A stretch of 64,000 bases of DNA from an uncultured Bacilli bacterium (GCA_944368975.1 CALVXI010000001.1:34260-98259); one strand, 5' to 3'; shown: positions 10,286-20,636, counted from the stretch's first letter. Notes: generated by a model not told the origin, from the sequence alone. A program made the numbers and translations.

Positions 10286-11651
10286 CTTTTGATAAGTATT
10301 GTTTAATATCATATTTAAATTTATTTATATAAAAAGTTTCATATTTTAATAAATTAACTAAACCTAATGTTGATGTTTTTTTAACATTTGCTACTTTTGT
10401 AAAATAGACTTCCCCAACATCAACATTAGCTAAATATAACGCTAATTCCGAAGCTATTTCTTTTTCATCATTAGTTGGATTATCATTAAAAATAATAACA
10501 TGAGGACCATGATAATCCTTTGCATGAAGATAATAATGATTTTTATTAGCGATAGTAAAAGTTAATTCATTATTTTGTTTAGCATTTTTTCCAAAACCTA
10601 TTTTTGTTTTATTAAATAAAAAATAATAAGGTTTTGCAGCGTTTTTGATATTTTTAGGGATATTTTTTATACGTATTTTAATAAAATTTCTTTTATCTAA
10701 TTCATAAATTAATTCTAAATAATCATCTTCTTTATAAAATTTTATTGAATTTAAAATATTATCTATATAATCTAAATCTTTTTTAGTTTCGTTAATATAA
10801 TTATCAACTAAGCTTAATGAAGTTTTAGCTTTTTTATATTGTTTATAATAATATTGGCTATTTTCAATAGGAGTGTATTCTTCTTTTAAAGGAATACTTA
10901 AATTTTCATAAATTAGTGATTTATCGCCTTTAAAGATATTATCAAGATTAGCTAAAATTAAATCTCCATAATCTTTATATATTAATTTGTTGTTATTTTC
11001 TTTTTTTTCATTTTCTAATTTACTTATTTTATTTATTAGTGTTTTTCTTTTTCTTTTTAATGATGCAATAACTGTAATATATTTCTCTTTTAAATAATTA
11101 TCTTCTAAGTCTAGGATATATTTATCAATAAATTTAAAATTATTATCACTAATTTCTTTTGAGAACAAACTTTTAAAAGGAAATTCATAACTTAAGCCAT
11201 TGATAATTGGATGATGTGCTTCAAGTCCGCGATAATGAAGTGCATCGACAATTTTGTTATTTGAGATAATTATTAAATTAGTATTTGCTTTAAATACTTC
11301 AAAGATTAATGTATAAAATTCTTTATCATAAGTATCTGTTGTTTTAATAAAATCCAAGGAAATAATATTATCATCATTTAATAAAGATGCTTTTAATAAA
11401 TATGATCCAAGTAATTTAGTTTTTAATCTAGTTATAAAACTACTATTTAAAGAAAAATTAAGTTTATTAGGAATAACCTTCAAAAAAGGATAATTATTAT
11501 TTAAGGAAATTAATAGACCCTCAGTTTTATTTTTTGAAAAATAAAAAATAAAATCATTAGAACTAACTTCGCTTATTCTATTGACAAAACTTTCTTTAAA
11601 TTTTTCATTAATTTCTTCAATCTGAGATTTTAAATATTCCTTAAAAAACAT
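10272..11651 (-). CDS. rqcH: NFACT-family protein (RqcH / fibronectin-binding protein A-like, shortened)
   Basis: N-terminal FbpA-like region and C-terminal DUF814/NFACT-R motif 'HAKDYHGPHVII'. 459 aa, shorter than canonical RqcH. Confidence 0.5.
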   Translation of the reverse strand: MFFKEYLKSQIEEINEKFKESFVNRISEVSSNDFIFYFSKNKTEGLLISLNNNYPFLKVIPNKLNFSLNSSFITRLKTKLLGSYLLKASLLNDDNIISLDFIKTTDTYDKEFYTLIFEVFKANTNLIIISNNKIVDALHYRGLEAHHPIINGLSYEFPFKSLFSKEISDNNFKFIDKYILDLEDNYLKEKYITVIASLKRKRKTLINKISKLENEKKENNNKLIYKDYGDLILANLDNIFKGDKSLIYENLSIPLKEEYTPIENSQYYYKQYKKAKTSLSLVDNYINETKKDLDYIDNILNSIKFYKEDDYLELIYELDKRNFIKIRIKNIPKNIKNAAKPYYFLFNKTKIGFGKNAKQNNELTFTIANKNHYYLHAKDYHGPHVIIFNDNPTNDEKEIASELALYLANVDVGEVYFTKVANVKKTSTLGLVNLLKYETFYINKFKYDIKQYLSKANRF

Positions 11652-11726
11652 AACAAAATTATAAATTAATAAAGCTATAAATAAAACTCTTTTGAGACAA
11701 ATTTAAATAAAAATTCTAAAAATGTA

Positions 11727-11756
11727 TTGAATATATCTAAAAAAATGCGATATAAT
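11727..11756 (+). promoter_or_regulatory. sigma-A type promoter upstream of gmk
   Basis: TTGAAT at 11727-11732, an 18-nt spacer, then TATAAT at 11751-11756. ATG at 11771. Confidence 0.5.
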
Positions 11757-11770
11757 CACGTATATTAATT

Positions 11771-12343
11771 ATGAAGAGAAATTTTTTAGTTATTGTTAGT
11801 GGTCCAAGTGGTGTAGGCAAAGGAACTGTTGTAAAACTTTTAATGAATGACAAAAGTTTAAATCTTGTTTACTCTATTTCAGCTACGACTAGAAAACCTC
11901 GAATTAATGAAGTAGATGGAAAAGATTATTTCTTTATAAGTAAAGATAAATTTTTAGAAATGCTTAAAAATGATGAATTACTTGAACATGCTGAATTTGT
12001 AAATAATTACTATGGAACACCACGTTCTTATATTGAAGAAACACTTAAACAAGGTAAAAATGTTTTATTAGAGATTGAAACTAATGGTGCTCAACAAGTT
12101 ATGGAAAAGATGAAAGGAAAAGGTCTTATTACTATTTTCTTACTACCTCCATCTTTATACGATTTAGAATGTCGAATTAAAAATAGAAGAACTGAAACAC
12201 TTGATGTAATTAAGGAACGACTAGATAAAGCTAATAAAGAATTACAACTTAAAAGTTTATATGACTATAATGTAATAAACGATACTCCAGAAAATGCTGC
12301 TAAACAAATTGCCAACATTATAAAAAGTTGTATGATTAAATAG
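11771..12343 (+). CDS. gmk: guanylate kinase
   Basis: 'GPSGVGKGTV' P-loop and GMP-binding region. Length 190 aa. Confidence 0.9.
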   Translation: MKRNFLVIVSGPSGVGKGTVVKLLMNDKSLNLVYSISATTRKPRINEVDGKDYFFISKDKFLEMLKNDELLEHAEFVNNYYGTPRSYIEETLKQGKNVLLEIETNGAQQVMEKMKGKGLITIFLLPPSLYDLECRIKNRRTETLDVIKERLDKANKELQLKSLYDYNVINDTPENAAKQIANIIKSCMIK

Positions 12344-14530
12344 ATGTATCTATTAAATGTTTTAATTGAAAGAAATATATATGCATTAAATAATACTTTT
12401 TTATATGCGTCTAATGATTATGTTAATAAAGGAGTTAGAGTTTTAGTTGACTTTAATTCTTCAAAAGATCTTATTGGCTATGTCTTAGAAGTAAATGAGA
12501 CGACCTTAACTATAGAAGAACTAAAGATTGAAAAAGGTTTTAATATCAGTTTTATAAAAGATATTATTGATACTAAACCATTATTAAATAGTGAGTTATT
12601 TGAACTTGGAAAAACTTTATCAAAAAAATATTTTTATCCATTAATTGGAACGTATCAAACAATGCTTCCAAAAACACTTAGGCCAAAAAACATTAAAACT
12701 AAATCTCATATTGCTTATGATTATTTTTATAAAATTAATCGTAATAATATTAATGCTGAATTAACTCCATTTCAGAAAAAAATCCTTGCAAAATTCAACT
12801 ATTTTAATGAAATTAATAAAAATGAGCTTAATAAATCAAAAGGATTAGCTGACTTAATTAATAAAGGAATAATTGAAGAAATTAAAAAAGAAAAATATCG
12901 TTATAAACCTCAAAAATTATTTGAATATGAAAATGTAATTAATTTAACTAAAGAACAAGAACGTGTTTATAATGAAATTATTAACTCTAATGATTTAGTA
13001 TATTTACTTTATGGCATAACAGGAAGTGGTAAGACTGAAATTTATATAAAGCTTATTGAACATTATCTTAAGAAAAATCAGACTGCCTTAATTCTTGTTC
13101 CAGAAATTTCTTTAACCCCATTAATGATTTCTAGAATACTTTCATATTTTAATGAAAATGAAATAGCTATACTACATTCTTCTTTAAAAGAGAGCGAACG
13201 ATATGATGAGTATCGAAAAATTTCACTAGGGAAAGTTAAAATTGTTATTGGTACTAGAAGCGCCATTTTTGCTCCATTAGATAATATCGGTTTAATAATA
13301 CTTGATGAGGAAGATTCTTCTTCATATAAAGAAGAAAAACTTTTACCATATCATGCTAAAGAAGTAGCTTTTATTCGAGCTCATTATTTTAATGGTAAGG
13401 TGATTTTAGGCTCTGCAACCCCTAGTATCGAAAGCATGGCAAAAGCGAAAAATAAAATTTATCATTTATTAAGACTTGAAAAAAGATATAACGAATTAAA
13501 TTTACCTTTAATTTCATTAGTTGATCGTAAAGATATTACAAATTTTTCTTCAAAAAGTTATATTTTTTCTTTACCTTTAATTAAAGAAATACAAAATGCA
13601 TTAAAAAGAAATGAACAAATAATTCTTCTAGTTAATAATAGAGGATATGGAAGAACATTTTATTGTCGTGAATGTGGTCATGTATTTAAGTGTCCTAATT
13701 GTGGGAGTAACTTAGTTTATCATAAAAATACTGATTCTTTATTATGCCATCATTGCGATTACAAAATGGCAAAGCCGAATAAATGTCCAAATTGTGGATC
13801 ACACTTTTTAAGCTTTTATGACTTTGGAATTGAGAAAGTTGAAGAAGAATTTAAGAAAATTTTTAATGTTAAATATGAGGTATTAGATAGCGATAGAACT
13901 CCAAAAAGCCTGCAAATCTCAAATATTTTAAATAAATTTAATAAAAAAGAAGTGAATGTCTTAATTGGAACTCAAATTGTTAGTAAGGGGCATGACTTTA
14001 GTGACGTTACTTTAGTTGGCGTTATTAATGCTGATTCCTTCTTAAATTATCCTTCTTTTAGATCGTATGAAAATACCTTTAATTTAATTACACAAACTAT
14101 TGGTCGAGCTGGAAGAAAAGATAAACCTGGAAAAGCAATTGTTCAAACTTCTTATTTAGATAATTATGCCATTAATTATGCAATAAATAATGACTATGAA
14201 AGCTTTTTCAATAAAGAAATAGAACAAAGAAAATTATTAAATAATCCTCCTTTTTATTGGGTTTTGAAGATTGAAATTGAATCTATTAATGAAAATGATT
14301 TATATGATTTTGGAAATGATATTTATGATTTATTTGCTTTAATTGAAAAAGATGTTATTGTTTATCGTCTTACAAATATTAGTTTCTTTAAAGAACGATA
14401 TATTGGACAAGTTTTTGTTAAATATAAAAGACTTTCAGATATTGAATTAACTGTCAATAATCTTATAAATATTTTTAAGAATAAAAGTGGATTTAAGATT
14501 AAAATCGATCCTAACTCTTATGATTATTAA
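12344..14530 (+). CDS. priA: primosomal protein N' (replication restart helicase PriA)
   Basis: Walker A 'GITGSGKTE'. DEAD-like 'LDEEDSSSY'. Cys4 zinc fingers 'CRECGH...CPNCGS' and 'CHHCDY...CPNCGS'. Confidence 0.9.
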   Translation: MYLLNVLIERNIYALNNTFLYASNDYVNKGVRVLVDFNSSKDLIGYVLEVNETTLTIEELKIEKGFNISFIKDIIDTKPLLNSELFELGKTLSKKYFYPLIGTYQTMLPKTLRPKNIKTKSHIAYDYFYKINRNNINAELTPFQKKILAKFNYFNEINKNELNKSKGLADLINKGIIEEIKKEKYRYKPQKLFEYENVINLTKEQERVYNEIINSNDLVYLLYGITGSGKTEIYIKLIEHYLKKNQTALILVPEISLTPLMISRILSYFNENEIAILHSSLKESERYDEYRKISLGKVKIVIGTRSAIFAPLDNIGLIILDEEDSSSYKEEKLLPYHAKEVAFIRAHYFNGKVILGSATPSIESMAKAKNKIYHLLRLEKRYNELNLPLISLVDRKDITNFSSKSYIFSLPLIKEIQNALKRNEQIILLVNNRGYGRTFYCRECGHVFKCPNCGSNLVYHKNTDSLLCHHCDYKMAKPNKCPNCGSHFLSFYDFGIEKVEEEFKKIFNVKYEVLDSDRTPKSLQISNILNKFNKKEVNVLIGTQIVSKGHDFSDVTLVGVINADSFLNYPSFRSYENTFNLITQTIGRAGRKDKPGKAIVQTSYLDNYAINYAINNDYESFFNKEIEQRKLLNNPPFYWVLKIEIESINENDLYDFGNDIYDLFALIEKDVIVYRLTNISFFKERYIGQVFVKYKRLSDIELTVNNLINIFKNKSGFKIKIDPNSYDY

Positions 14531-14631
14531 TTAATTGAAAAAAAATCAAAAAATCAATGAAAAATCGTATAAAAAAATAGAAATCTATCTAAAGATAGTT
14601 TATTATAATTAAGGTAATAAGAGGTAATTGA

Positions 14632-15093
14632 ATGGTAACTATTTCAATAATCGGTGTTGATCCTTACTTAGTAAGACAAATATCCAAAGCAATGACTGAT
14701 AAAATAAGTAATATTTATGAAATCAGTAAAGATGATGTTAATTTTTATGCTCCAGAATGTTTATATATTCATGATGGAGTTGAACAAAATACTTGGAATG
14801 TTTTAGTAAAAGTCAATGCGCCAATTAAAGCAAAAATAATGGAAAAAGATGCAGTAAAAATCATTCGTGAGTTTATGAAAGGAGCTTGCATCCATTTAGC
14901 AATTGAATTTTATTATTATTCACAAGATAATCGTTATGAATTTATCGATGAAACTCATCCACATTTTATGACTGAAGAAAATTTAGTTTATGAAGATGAT
15001 GATTATGACGATGAAAGTGAAGAAGGTGAAGAGGAAGAACCATATTTAGAAAATATGTTTGAAAACTTTGAAGAAAAGTTAAAGGGGAAATAA
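14632..15093 (+). CDS. hypothetical protein with poly-acidic C-terminus
   Basis: 153-aa ORF with RBS AGAGGT. C-terminal run 'EDDDYDDESEEGEEEEPY'. Sits where def and fmt are found in other Firmicutes. Confidence 0.4.
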   Translation: MVTISIIGVDPYLVRQISKAMTDKISNIYEISKDDVNFYAPECLYIHDGVEQNTWNVLVKVNAPIKAKIMEKDAVKIIREFMKGACIHLAIEFYYYSQDNRYEFIDETHPHFMTEENLVYEDDDYDDESEEGEEEEPYLENMFENFEEKLKGK

Positions 15094-15096
15094 TAT

Positions 15097-16365
15097 ATGA
15101 ACATTTTAGAAATCTGCAAAAACACTTTAAAAGAAGCAATTAGCGAAAAAAAGGATTATTTTGAAATATTTTCAAAGTATGCAAAAGAAAATTCACTAAC
15201 CGAAAAAGATAGAACACATTGTTTAATCCTAATTAATTCTTTCTTTAGAAATTACTTCTTCATTAATGAAACAACAAATTTTTTATTTGGAGATAAATCT
15301 AAGGAAGATTTAATTTATCCTATTGGTTTATATTTTGTTAATAATGGTTTAGTTAAAGTTTTACCTGAAGAGGAAACCTTAAATTACTTAAAAGATGTTT
15401 TATTAGCAAATAATATAAATCTTGATGTCGAAGACAATGTATTACTTGCTTTAAATCACATTTGCTATGAAAAACGTAAATTTGAATTCCCTAAACTTAA
15501 AAGAGGTAGTTTAAAATTCTTTAGTGTTAAATTTAATCTTCCAGAATGGTTTATCAAAATGATGATTAAGCACTATGGAAAAGAAGATGGAATTAAAGTT
15601 TGTCGTGAATTTAGTAAAACTCCTAAACAATTTGCTATGGTTAATACTTTTAAAGCTCCAATTCCTGGTAGTGAAGAATTAACTAAAAATTTTAAAGAAA
15701 TTAAAACAGGTGTTTATGAATATATTGGAAAAGGACCATTTAAAAGAAATACTTTAATTAAAGATCGTAATTTAATTAATGTTCAATTAGCTTATACTGA
15801 TTTATTAGATAAATTACCAAGTTTAACTAGAAGAAATTATTCTATTTATTTAGGAATTAAGAGTTTCTTCTATATGACTTTATTATCTAAATATTATAAA
15901 GATTATAATTATGCAACTATTATTACTAAAGAATTAAAAGAAAATTATGAACTTTTATCATTAAAGAAAAATTATGGTATTAAGAGTTTATTCTTTAGTG
16001 AAGCTAATAGTGATTCATTAAAAGCAATAATTTCTAAGAAACAAGATTTATTCATTGTTTTCCCTAAATCAAGTGAGTTCGAAAAAGCTAGAACTAATCC
16101 AGATTATTTTATTACCTTTAATCAAGACAATTTAGATAGCTTAATTAATAATGAATTAAGTGATTTAGAAAATGTTCTCGAATTTTTAGAAGAAAAAGCT
16201 ACTTTAGTATATTGTGTTAGAACTTTAGGAAATAAAGAAACAACTGAAATTATCGCTAAATTTTTAGAAAAACATCCAGAATTCGAATTAATTGAAGAAA
16301 AACAATACTTACCTTCAATGGAAGAAAATTCATTATTATATTATGCAATATTAAGGAAAAAATAA
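15097..16365 (+). CDS. RsmB/Sun-like protein (NusB-like N-domain, degenerate methyltransferase domain)
   Basis: N-terminus resembles the NusB/Sun antitermination-like domain. RsmB motif IV 'DAPCSG' appears as 'VFPKSSEF'. Motif VI 'VYSTCS' appears as 'LVYCVRTLG', about 60 aa later. Position is syntenic with sun/rsmB, between priA and rlmN. Confidence 0.45.
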   Translation: MNILEICKNTLKEAISEKKDYFEIFSKYAKENSLTEKDRTHCLILINSFFRNYFFINETTNFLFGDKSKEDLIYPIGLYFVNNGLVKVLPEEETLNYLKDVLLANNINLDVEDNVLLALNHICYEKRKFEFPKLKRGSLKFFSVKFNLPEWFIKMMIKHYGKEDGIKVCREFSKTPKQFAMVNTFKAPIPGSEELTKNFKEIKTGVYEYIGKGPFKRNTLIKDRNLINVQLAYTDLLDKLPSLTRRNYSIYLGIKSFFYMTLLSKYYKDYNYATIITKELKENYELLSLKKNYGIKSLFFSEANSDSLKAIISKKQDLFIVFPKSSEFEKARTNPDYFITFNQDNLDSLINNELSDLENVLEFLEEKATLVYCVRTLGNKETTEIIAKFLEKHPEFELIEEKQYLPSMEENSLLYYAILRKK

Positions 16366-16368
16366 TGA

Positions 16369-17415
16369 ATGAACAATCTTTATAATTATTCTTTAAGTAA
16401 ACTTGAAGACCATATGCTTAGCATTGGTCAAAAAAAATATCGCGCCACACAATTATTTAAATGGATATATGAAAAACGAGTTGATGACTTTGACTTAATG
16501 AGCGATATATCTTTAAAATTTCGTGAAGACTTAAAAAATAATTATTGTTTAATTAAACCTAAAATTTATACAAAGCAAATCTCAAGCGATGGAACAATCA
16601 AATTATTACTTGAATTAGAAGACGGTAATAAGATTGAAACAGTTTTAATGCGCTATAATTATGGCAATGTCGCTTGTGTTAGTAGCGAAGTTGGATGTAA
16701 TATGGGATGCGCTTTTTGCGCTAGCGGTTTATTAAAAAAGAAAAGAGAATTAACTGTTAGCGAGTTAATTGGACAAATTTTAGTTTTAGATGATTTATTA
16801 AAACTAGAAGATGAAAGTAAAAGAGTTACGCATGTTGTTGTTATGGGAACAGGTGAGCCATTTGATAATTATGATAATGTTTTAGATTTTATCCGTATTT
16901 TAAATCATCCTCATGGACTTGCAATTGGAGCTAGACATATAACGGTTTCTACTTGTGGTATTGTTCCTCGAATTTATGATTATGCAAAAGAAGGCTTACA
17001 AATTAATTTAGCAATTTCTTTACATGCTCCAAATGATGCCTTAAGAAATAGAATAATGGCTATCAATCACACATATCCATTAGATGAACTTATGAAGGCT
17101 GTTAAATATTATGAAAAAGAAGCAAACCGTAGAGTTACTTTTGAATATATTTTATTAAAAGATATTAATGATACTCCAGAATGCGCTAAAGAATTAGTTA
17201 AACTTATAAAAGGAACTTTAGCCTATGTTAATTTAATTCCATTTAATCCTGTTAAAGAATTAAAATTTGCTAGATCTAGTGAAACTAATGTTCATCGATT
17301 TTTAGATATATTAATGAAAAATGGTGTAACAGCCACAATTAGAAAAGAATTTGGCACTGATATCGATGCAGCCTGTGGACAATTAAGAGCTAAAAATGAA
17401 AAACATGAGTTATAA
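16369..17415 (+). CDS. rlmN: 23S rRNA/tRNA adenine-C2 methyltransferase RlmN (radical SAM)
   Basis: Radical-SAM CxxxCxxC site 'CNMGCAFCASG'. Length 348 aa. Conserved position upstream of the stp and prkC homologs. Confidence 0.9.
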   Translation: MNNLYNYSLSKLEDHMLSIGQKKYRATQLFKWIYEKRVDDFDLMSDISLKFREDLKNNYCLIKPKIYTKQISSDGTIKLLLELEDGNKIETVLMRYNYGNVACVSSEVGCNMGCAFCASGLLKKKRELTVSELIGQILVLDDLLKLEDESKRVTHVVVMGTGEPFDNYDNVLDFIRILNHPHGLAIGARHITVSTCGIVPRIYDYAKEGLQINLAISLHAPNDALRNRIMAINHTYPLDELMKAVKYYEKEANRRVTFEYILLKDINDTPECAKELVKLIKGTLAYVNLIPFNPVKELKFARSSETNVHRFLDILMKNGVTATIRKEFGTDIDAACGQLRAKNEKHEL

Positions 17416-18160
17416 TGGGACATTTTCATATAAAAAAGATATAGGTAAAGTTCGCTTAACTAATGAAGATGAAGCAAAAATATTAGTTAATAGTTCGAAC
17501 AATGTTTTAATGATTGTTTGTGATGGAATGGGTGGCGCAAATAAAGGAGATTATGCTAGTAAAGCAGTAATTAATACTTTACAAGAAGCTTTCATAAACC
17601 GTAAAAGATTTTACAATGTTTTCGATGTAATTCATTTTTTACATCGTAATCTTCGCAAAATAAATAAAGAGTTGTATAAAACTGGTGACGAGAACAAATT
17701 TTATAAAGGAATGGGAACGACCGCTGTTATAGCTTTTATTTATAAAAATAAATTAATAGTTGCTAATGCTGGGGATAGTCGTTGCTATCTTTTAAATAAA
17801 AAAGAGATGAAACAAATTACCGAAGATGAAACTTATGTAAATTATTTATATAATAGTGGTCAAATTGCACAAGAAGAAATTAAATCACATCCGGATCGCC
17901 ATGTCTTAATTAACGCAATTGGTGTATATCCATCTTTAAGTGTCGATATTAAAGTTCATAAATACAGGGGTGAAACAATTTTACTTTGTAGTGATGGACT
18001 TTTTAATAATGTTAATGTTCCTGATATCGAGAATATTCTTAGAACAGAAGATGATACGATTACTAAAGTAGAATCGCTAATAAGTGTCGCAAATTATAAT
18101 GGTGGAAGTGATAATATCTCAATAGCTTTATGGGAGACGATTAATGATTCATATAAATGA
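17396..18160 (+). CDS. stp: PP2C-family Ser/Thr protein phosphatase
   Basis: PP2C motifs 'VCDGMGG', 'GDSR', 'SDGL' and 'GGSDNIS'. Confidence 0.8.
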   Translation: MKNMSYNGTFSYKKDIGKVRLTNEDEAKILVNSSNNVLMIVCDGMGGANKGDYASKAVINTLQEAFINRKRFYNVFDVIHFLHRNLRKINKELYKTGDENKFYKGMGTTAVIAFIYKNKLIVANAGDSRCYLLNKKEMKQITEDETYVNYLYNSGQIAQEEIKSHPDRHVLINAIGVYPSLSVDIKVHKYRGETILLCSDGLFNNVNVPDIENILRTEDDTITKVESLISVANYNGGSDNISIALWETINDSYK

Positions 18161-19031
18161 TATTATTAGCGAAAGATATAAAGTTCAAGCTGTTATTGGC
18201 CATGGTGGTATGAGTGATGTCTATGAAGCTAGAGACATCATTTTTAAAAGAATAGTAGCTTTAAAGATTTTAAAAGAAGAAGCTGCAAAAAAAGTTGACA
18301 ATATTATTCGCTTTCAAAATGAAGCTCGCTTTAGTAGTTCTTTAAATCATATTAATATTATTAAAATTTATGATTATGGAGAGCTTGAAAATACTTTATT
18401 TATTGTTAATGAATTTGCAAAAGGACAAACTCTTCGAGAAGCATTAGATTTTAAAAGATCATTTTCTATTAATGAAGCGTGTTCGATTATGCTTCAACTT
18501 TGTGATGCATTAATTTATATTCATTCAAAAGGAATAATTCATCGTGATATTAAATCTACTAATGTTTATATTAATCCAGATGGAAGTGTAAAGTTAGGTG
18601 ATTTTGGTATTTCAATATTATTAAACTCAACTTTAAATATTAATGAAAATAAGAAAATTATGGGTACTGCACAATATCTAGCTCCAGAATTAGTTAAAGG
18701 TAAACCTTCTAGCTTTCAAAGTGATATTTATGCTACTGGAATTTTATTTTTTGAACTTTTAACAGGCCAAGTACCTTTTGATGGTGATGATCCTAGTGAT
18801 GTAGCGATTATGCATGTTAAAGGAACTTTACCATCTCCTTTAAAATTAGTTAGTAATTTACCAAAAGAAGTAGAAAAAATATTTTTTAAAGCTACTGATA
18901 AAGATTTATCGAAAAGATATAAGAATGTTAAATTGTTGCGTGACGATATCCTTCGCTTATATAAAGATAAAAAAGCAATGAGACAAGGAAGAAGTTTTTT
19001 AGCAAGAATTTTTGGATTATCTTCTAACTAG
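18144..19031 (+). CDS. prkC: Ser/Thr protein kinase (PrkC-like kinase domain only, no TM/PASTA)
   Basis: Hanks motifs 'VIGHGGMSDVY', 'ALK', 'HRDIKSTN', 'DFGI' and 'GTAQYLAPE'. The protein ends after the kinase domain at 295 aa. Confidence 0.85.
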   Translation: MIHINDIISERYKVQAVIGHGGMSDVYEARDIIFKRIVALKILKEEAAKKVDNIIRFQNEARFSSSLNHINIIKIYDYGELENTLFIVNEFAKGQTLREALDFKRSFSINEACSIMLQLCDALIYIHSKGIIHRDIKSTNVYINPDGSVKLGDFGISILLNSTLNINENKKIMGTAQYLAPELVKGKPSSFQSDIYATGILFFELLTGQVPFDGDDPSDVAIMHVKGTLPSPLKLVSNLPKEVEKIFFKATDKDLSKRYKNVKLLRDDILRLYKDKKAMRQGRSFLARIFGLSSN

Positions 19032-19049
19032 TTATGTTAAAATAATAAT

Positions 19050-19724
19050 ATGGAAAAATTTATTATTGCTCCTTCAATATTATCTGCAAGCTTTGCAAAT
19101 TTAGAAAAAGAACTCGATGAAGTTTATTCATTAGGATGTAAGGTTTTACATTTTGATGTAATGGATGGTCATTTTGTTAAAAATATATCTTTTGGAAGTC
19201 ATGTTTTAAGTACTATTAATCAAGAACATAAACTATTTAATGATGTTCATTTAATGGTAAGTGACCCTAAATTTTGGATAAATGATTTTGTTAAAGCTAA
19301 GGCTGATAATATTACTTTTCATTATGAAGCTTTAAAAAATAATAACTTGATAAATGAGTTAATAACTTATATACGTAGTTTTAATATTAAGTGTGGAATT
19401 TCAATCAATCCTAAAACTGATGTTAAAGTACTTTTACCATTTTTAGATAAAATCGATTTAATACTTTTAATGAGCGTTGAACCAGGGTTTGGTGGACAAG
19501 CCTTTAATGAAGAAATTTATAAAAAAATTGAGGTTTTGCAGGGTTTTAAGAGTAAAAGTAACTATAAATTTGCTATCGAAGTGGACGGAGGAGTTAACTT
19601 AACAAACACAAAGAATCTTGTTAAATTAGGGGCTAACATTTTAGTTTATGGAAGTTATATTTTTAATTCTAAAAATAAAAAGGATTCTATAAATAAGTTA
19701 TATGAAGAGGTAAAAGATTTATGA
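19050..19724 (+). CDS. rpe: ribulose-phosphate 3-epimerase
   Basis: 'PSILSASFANL' and 'HFDVMDGHFV' signatures. Length 224 aa. Confidence 0.9.
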   Translation: MEKFIIAPSILSASFANLEKELDEVYSLGCKVLHFDVMDGHFVKNISFGSHVLSTINQEHKLFNDVHLMVSDPKFWINDFVKAKADNITFHYEALKNNNLINELITYIRSFNIKCGISINPKTDVKVLLPFLDKIDLILLMSVEPGFGGQAFNEEIYKKIEVLQGFKSKSNYKFAIEVDGGVNLTNTKNLVKLGANILVYGSYIFNSKNKKDSINKLYEEVKDL

Positions 19725-20395
19725 TAAGTAGTGAATTAATGAAAATACTAGGAACACTTTTAACAATTTTTGCATTTATCTGTGTCGGGTGTTTGTTTAG
19801 TTATTTAGTAGTTAAATATAATCGAACTGGAAGTAAAAAGTTTAACTTTCTAACTTATTTTCCTTTTGAATTAAATTCCTATCGAAGATATAGTTCCACT
19901 AAATATATTGATATAAGTTTCATGATAATAACAATTATTTTATCTTTGTCTCCAATTGTTATTTTCGCTTTTTATTATAATTTAGCGACTAGTTATATTT
20001 TACTTGCTGTTTTTACTTTAGAAATTATAACTTTTGGTATTTTATTTTTCACAAAATTATCTAATTATAAACTACATATTGGATTAGCTATTGCTTTTAC
20101 TTGCCTTCAAATTGTTTTTTCCTTATTAAGTTTTACATTTTTTACTGATTCACAATTTGGTTATGTTTTAAGTGATAATGCTATTATTTTTATTATCATT
20201 ATCGTTATACTTCAACTTATATTTGAATTTATTTTATTACTTAATCCAACTTATAAAGATTGGTATAAGAAATTTAAATTCGATGCCGAAACATTTTCTA
20301 GACCAAAATATAATTATTTAGCAATGCTTGAATGGGGAACATTTTTAAATCTTTGTATTAATTATATTGTTATTTTAATTGTGAATTTCTTTTAA
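19721..20395 (+). CDS. hypothetical polytopic membrane protein
   Basis: Several hydrophobic helices. Start overlaps the rpe stop. Confidence 0.4.
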   Translation: MISSELMKILGTLLTIFAFICVGCLFSYLVVKYNRTGSKKFNFLTYFPFELNSYRRYSSTKYIDISFMIITIILSLSPIVIFAFYYNLATSYILLAVFTLEIITFGILFFTKLSNYKLHIGLAIAFTCLQIVFSLLSFTFFTDSQFGYVLSDNAIIFIIIIVILQLIFEFILLLNPTYKDWYKKFKFDAETFSRPKYNYLAMLEWGTFLNLCINYIVILIVNFF

Positions 20396-20410
20396 AAGGA
20401 AGTAAGCTAG

Positions 20411-20443
20411 AGTATAAAAAAAGCCACGATTAGTGGCTTATTT
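20411..20443. terminator. bidirectional rho-independent terminator (rpe operon / rpmB)
   Basis: Stem AAGCCAC-GATTA-GTGGCTT flanked by an A-run on the 5' side and a T-run on the 3' side. Lies between convergent genes. Confidence 0.7.
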
Positions 20444-20444
20444 T

Positions 20445-20636
20445 TTATTTTTTAAGTGATTTATTGAGGGTTCTATAGGCACGAGCTGACATTCTAACTT
20501 TGACAACTTGACCATTAATTTCAACTTTATATGTTTGAAGGTTAACATTCCAAGCTCTACGTGTTGCACGTAAACTGTGTGAACGTTTATTACCACTTAA
20601 TGGGCCTTTTCCTGTAATTGGACAAACTCTAGACAT
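20445..20636 (-). CDS. rpmB: 50S ribosomal protein L28
   Basis: 'MSRVCPITGKGPLSGNKRSHSL' is canonical L28. RBS AGGAGG. Confidence 0.9.
   Translation of the reverse strand: MSRVCPITGKGPLSGNKRSHSLRATRRAWNVNLQTYKVEINGQVVKVRMSARAYRTLNKSLKK

Noticed and set aside
13078-13266. 62-aa antisense ORF within priA
   Set aside because: It is embedded opposite a conserved helicase region and has no RBS.
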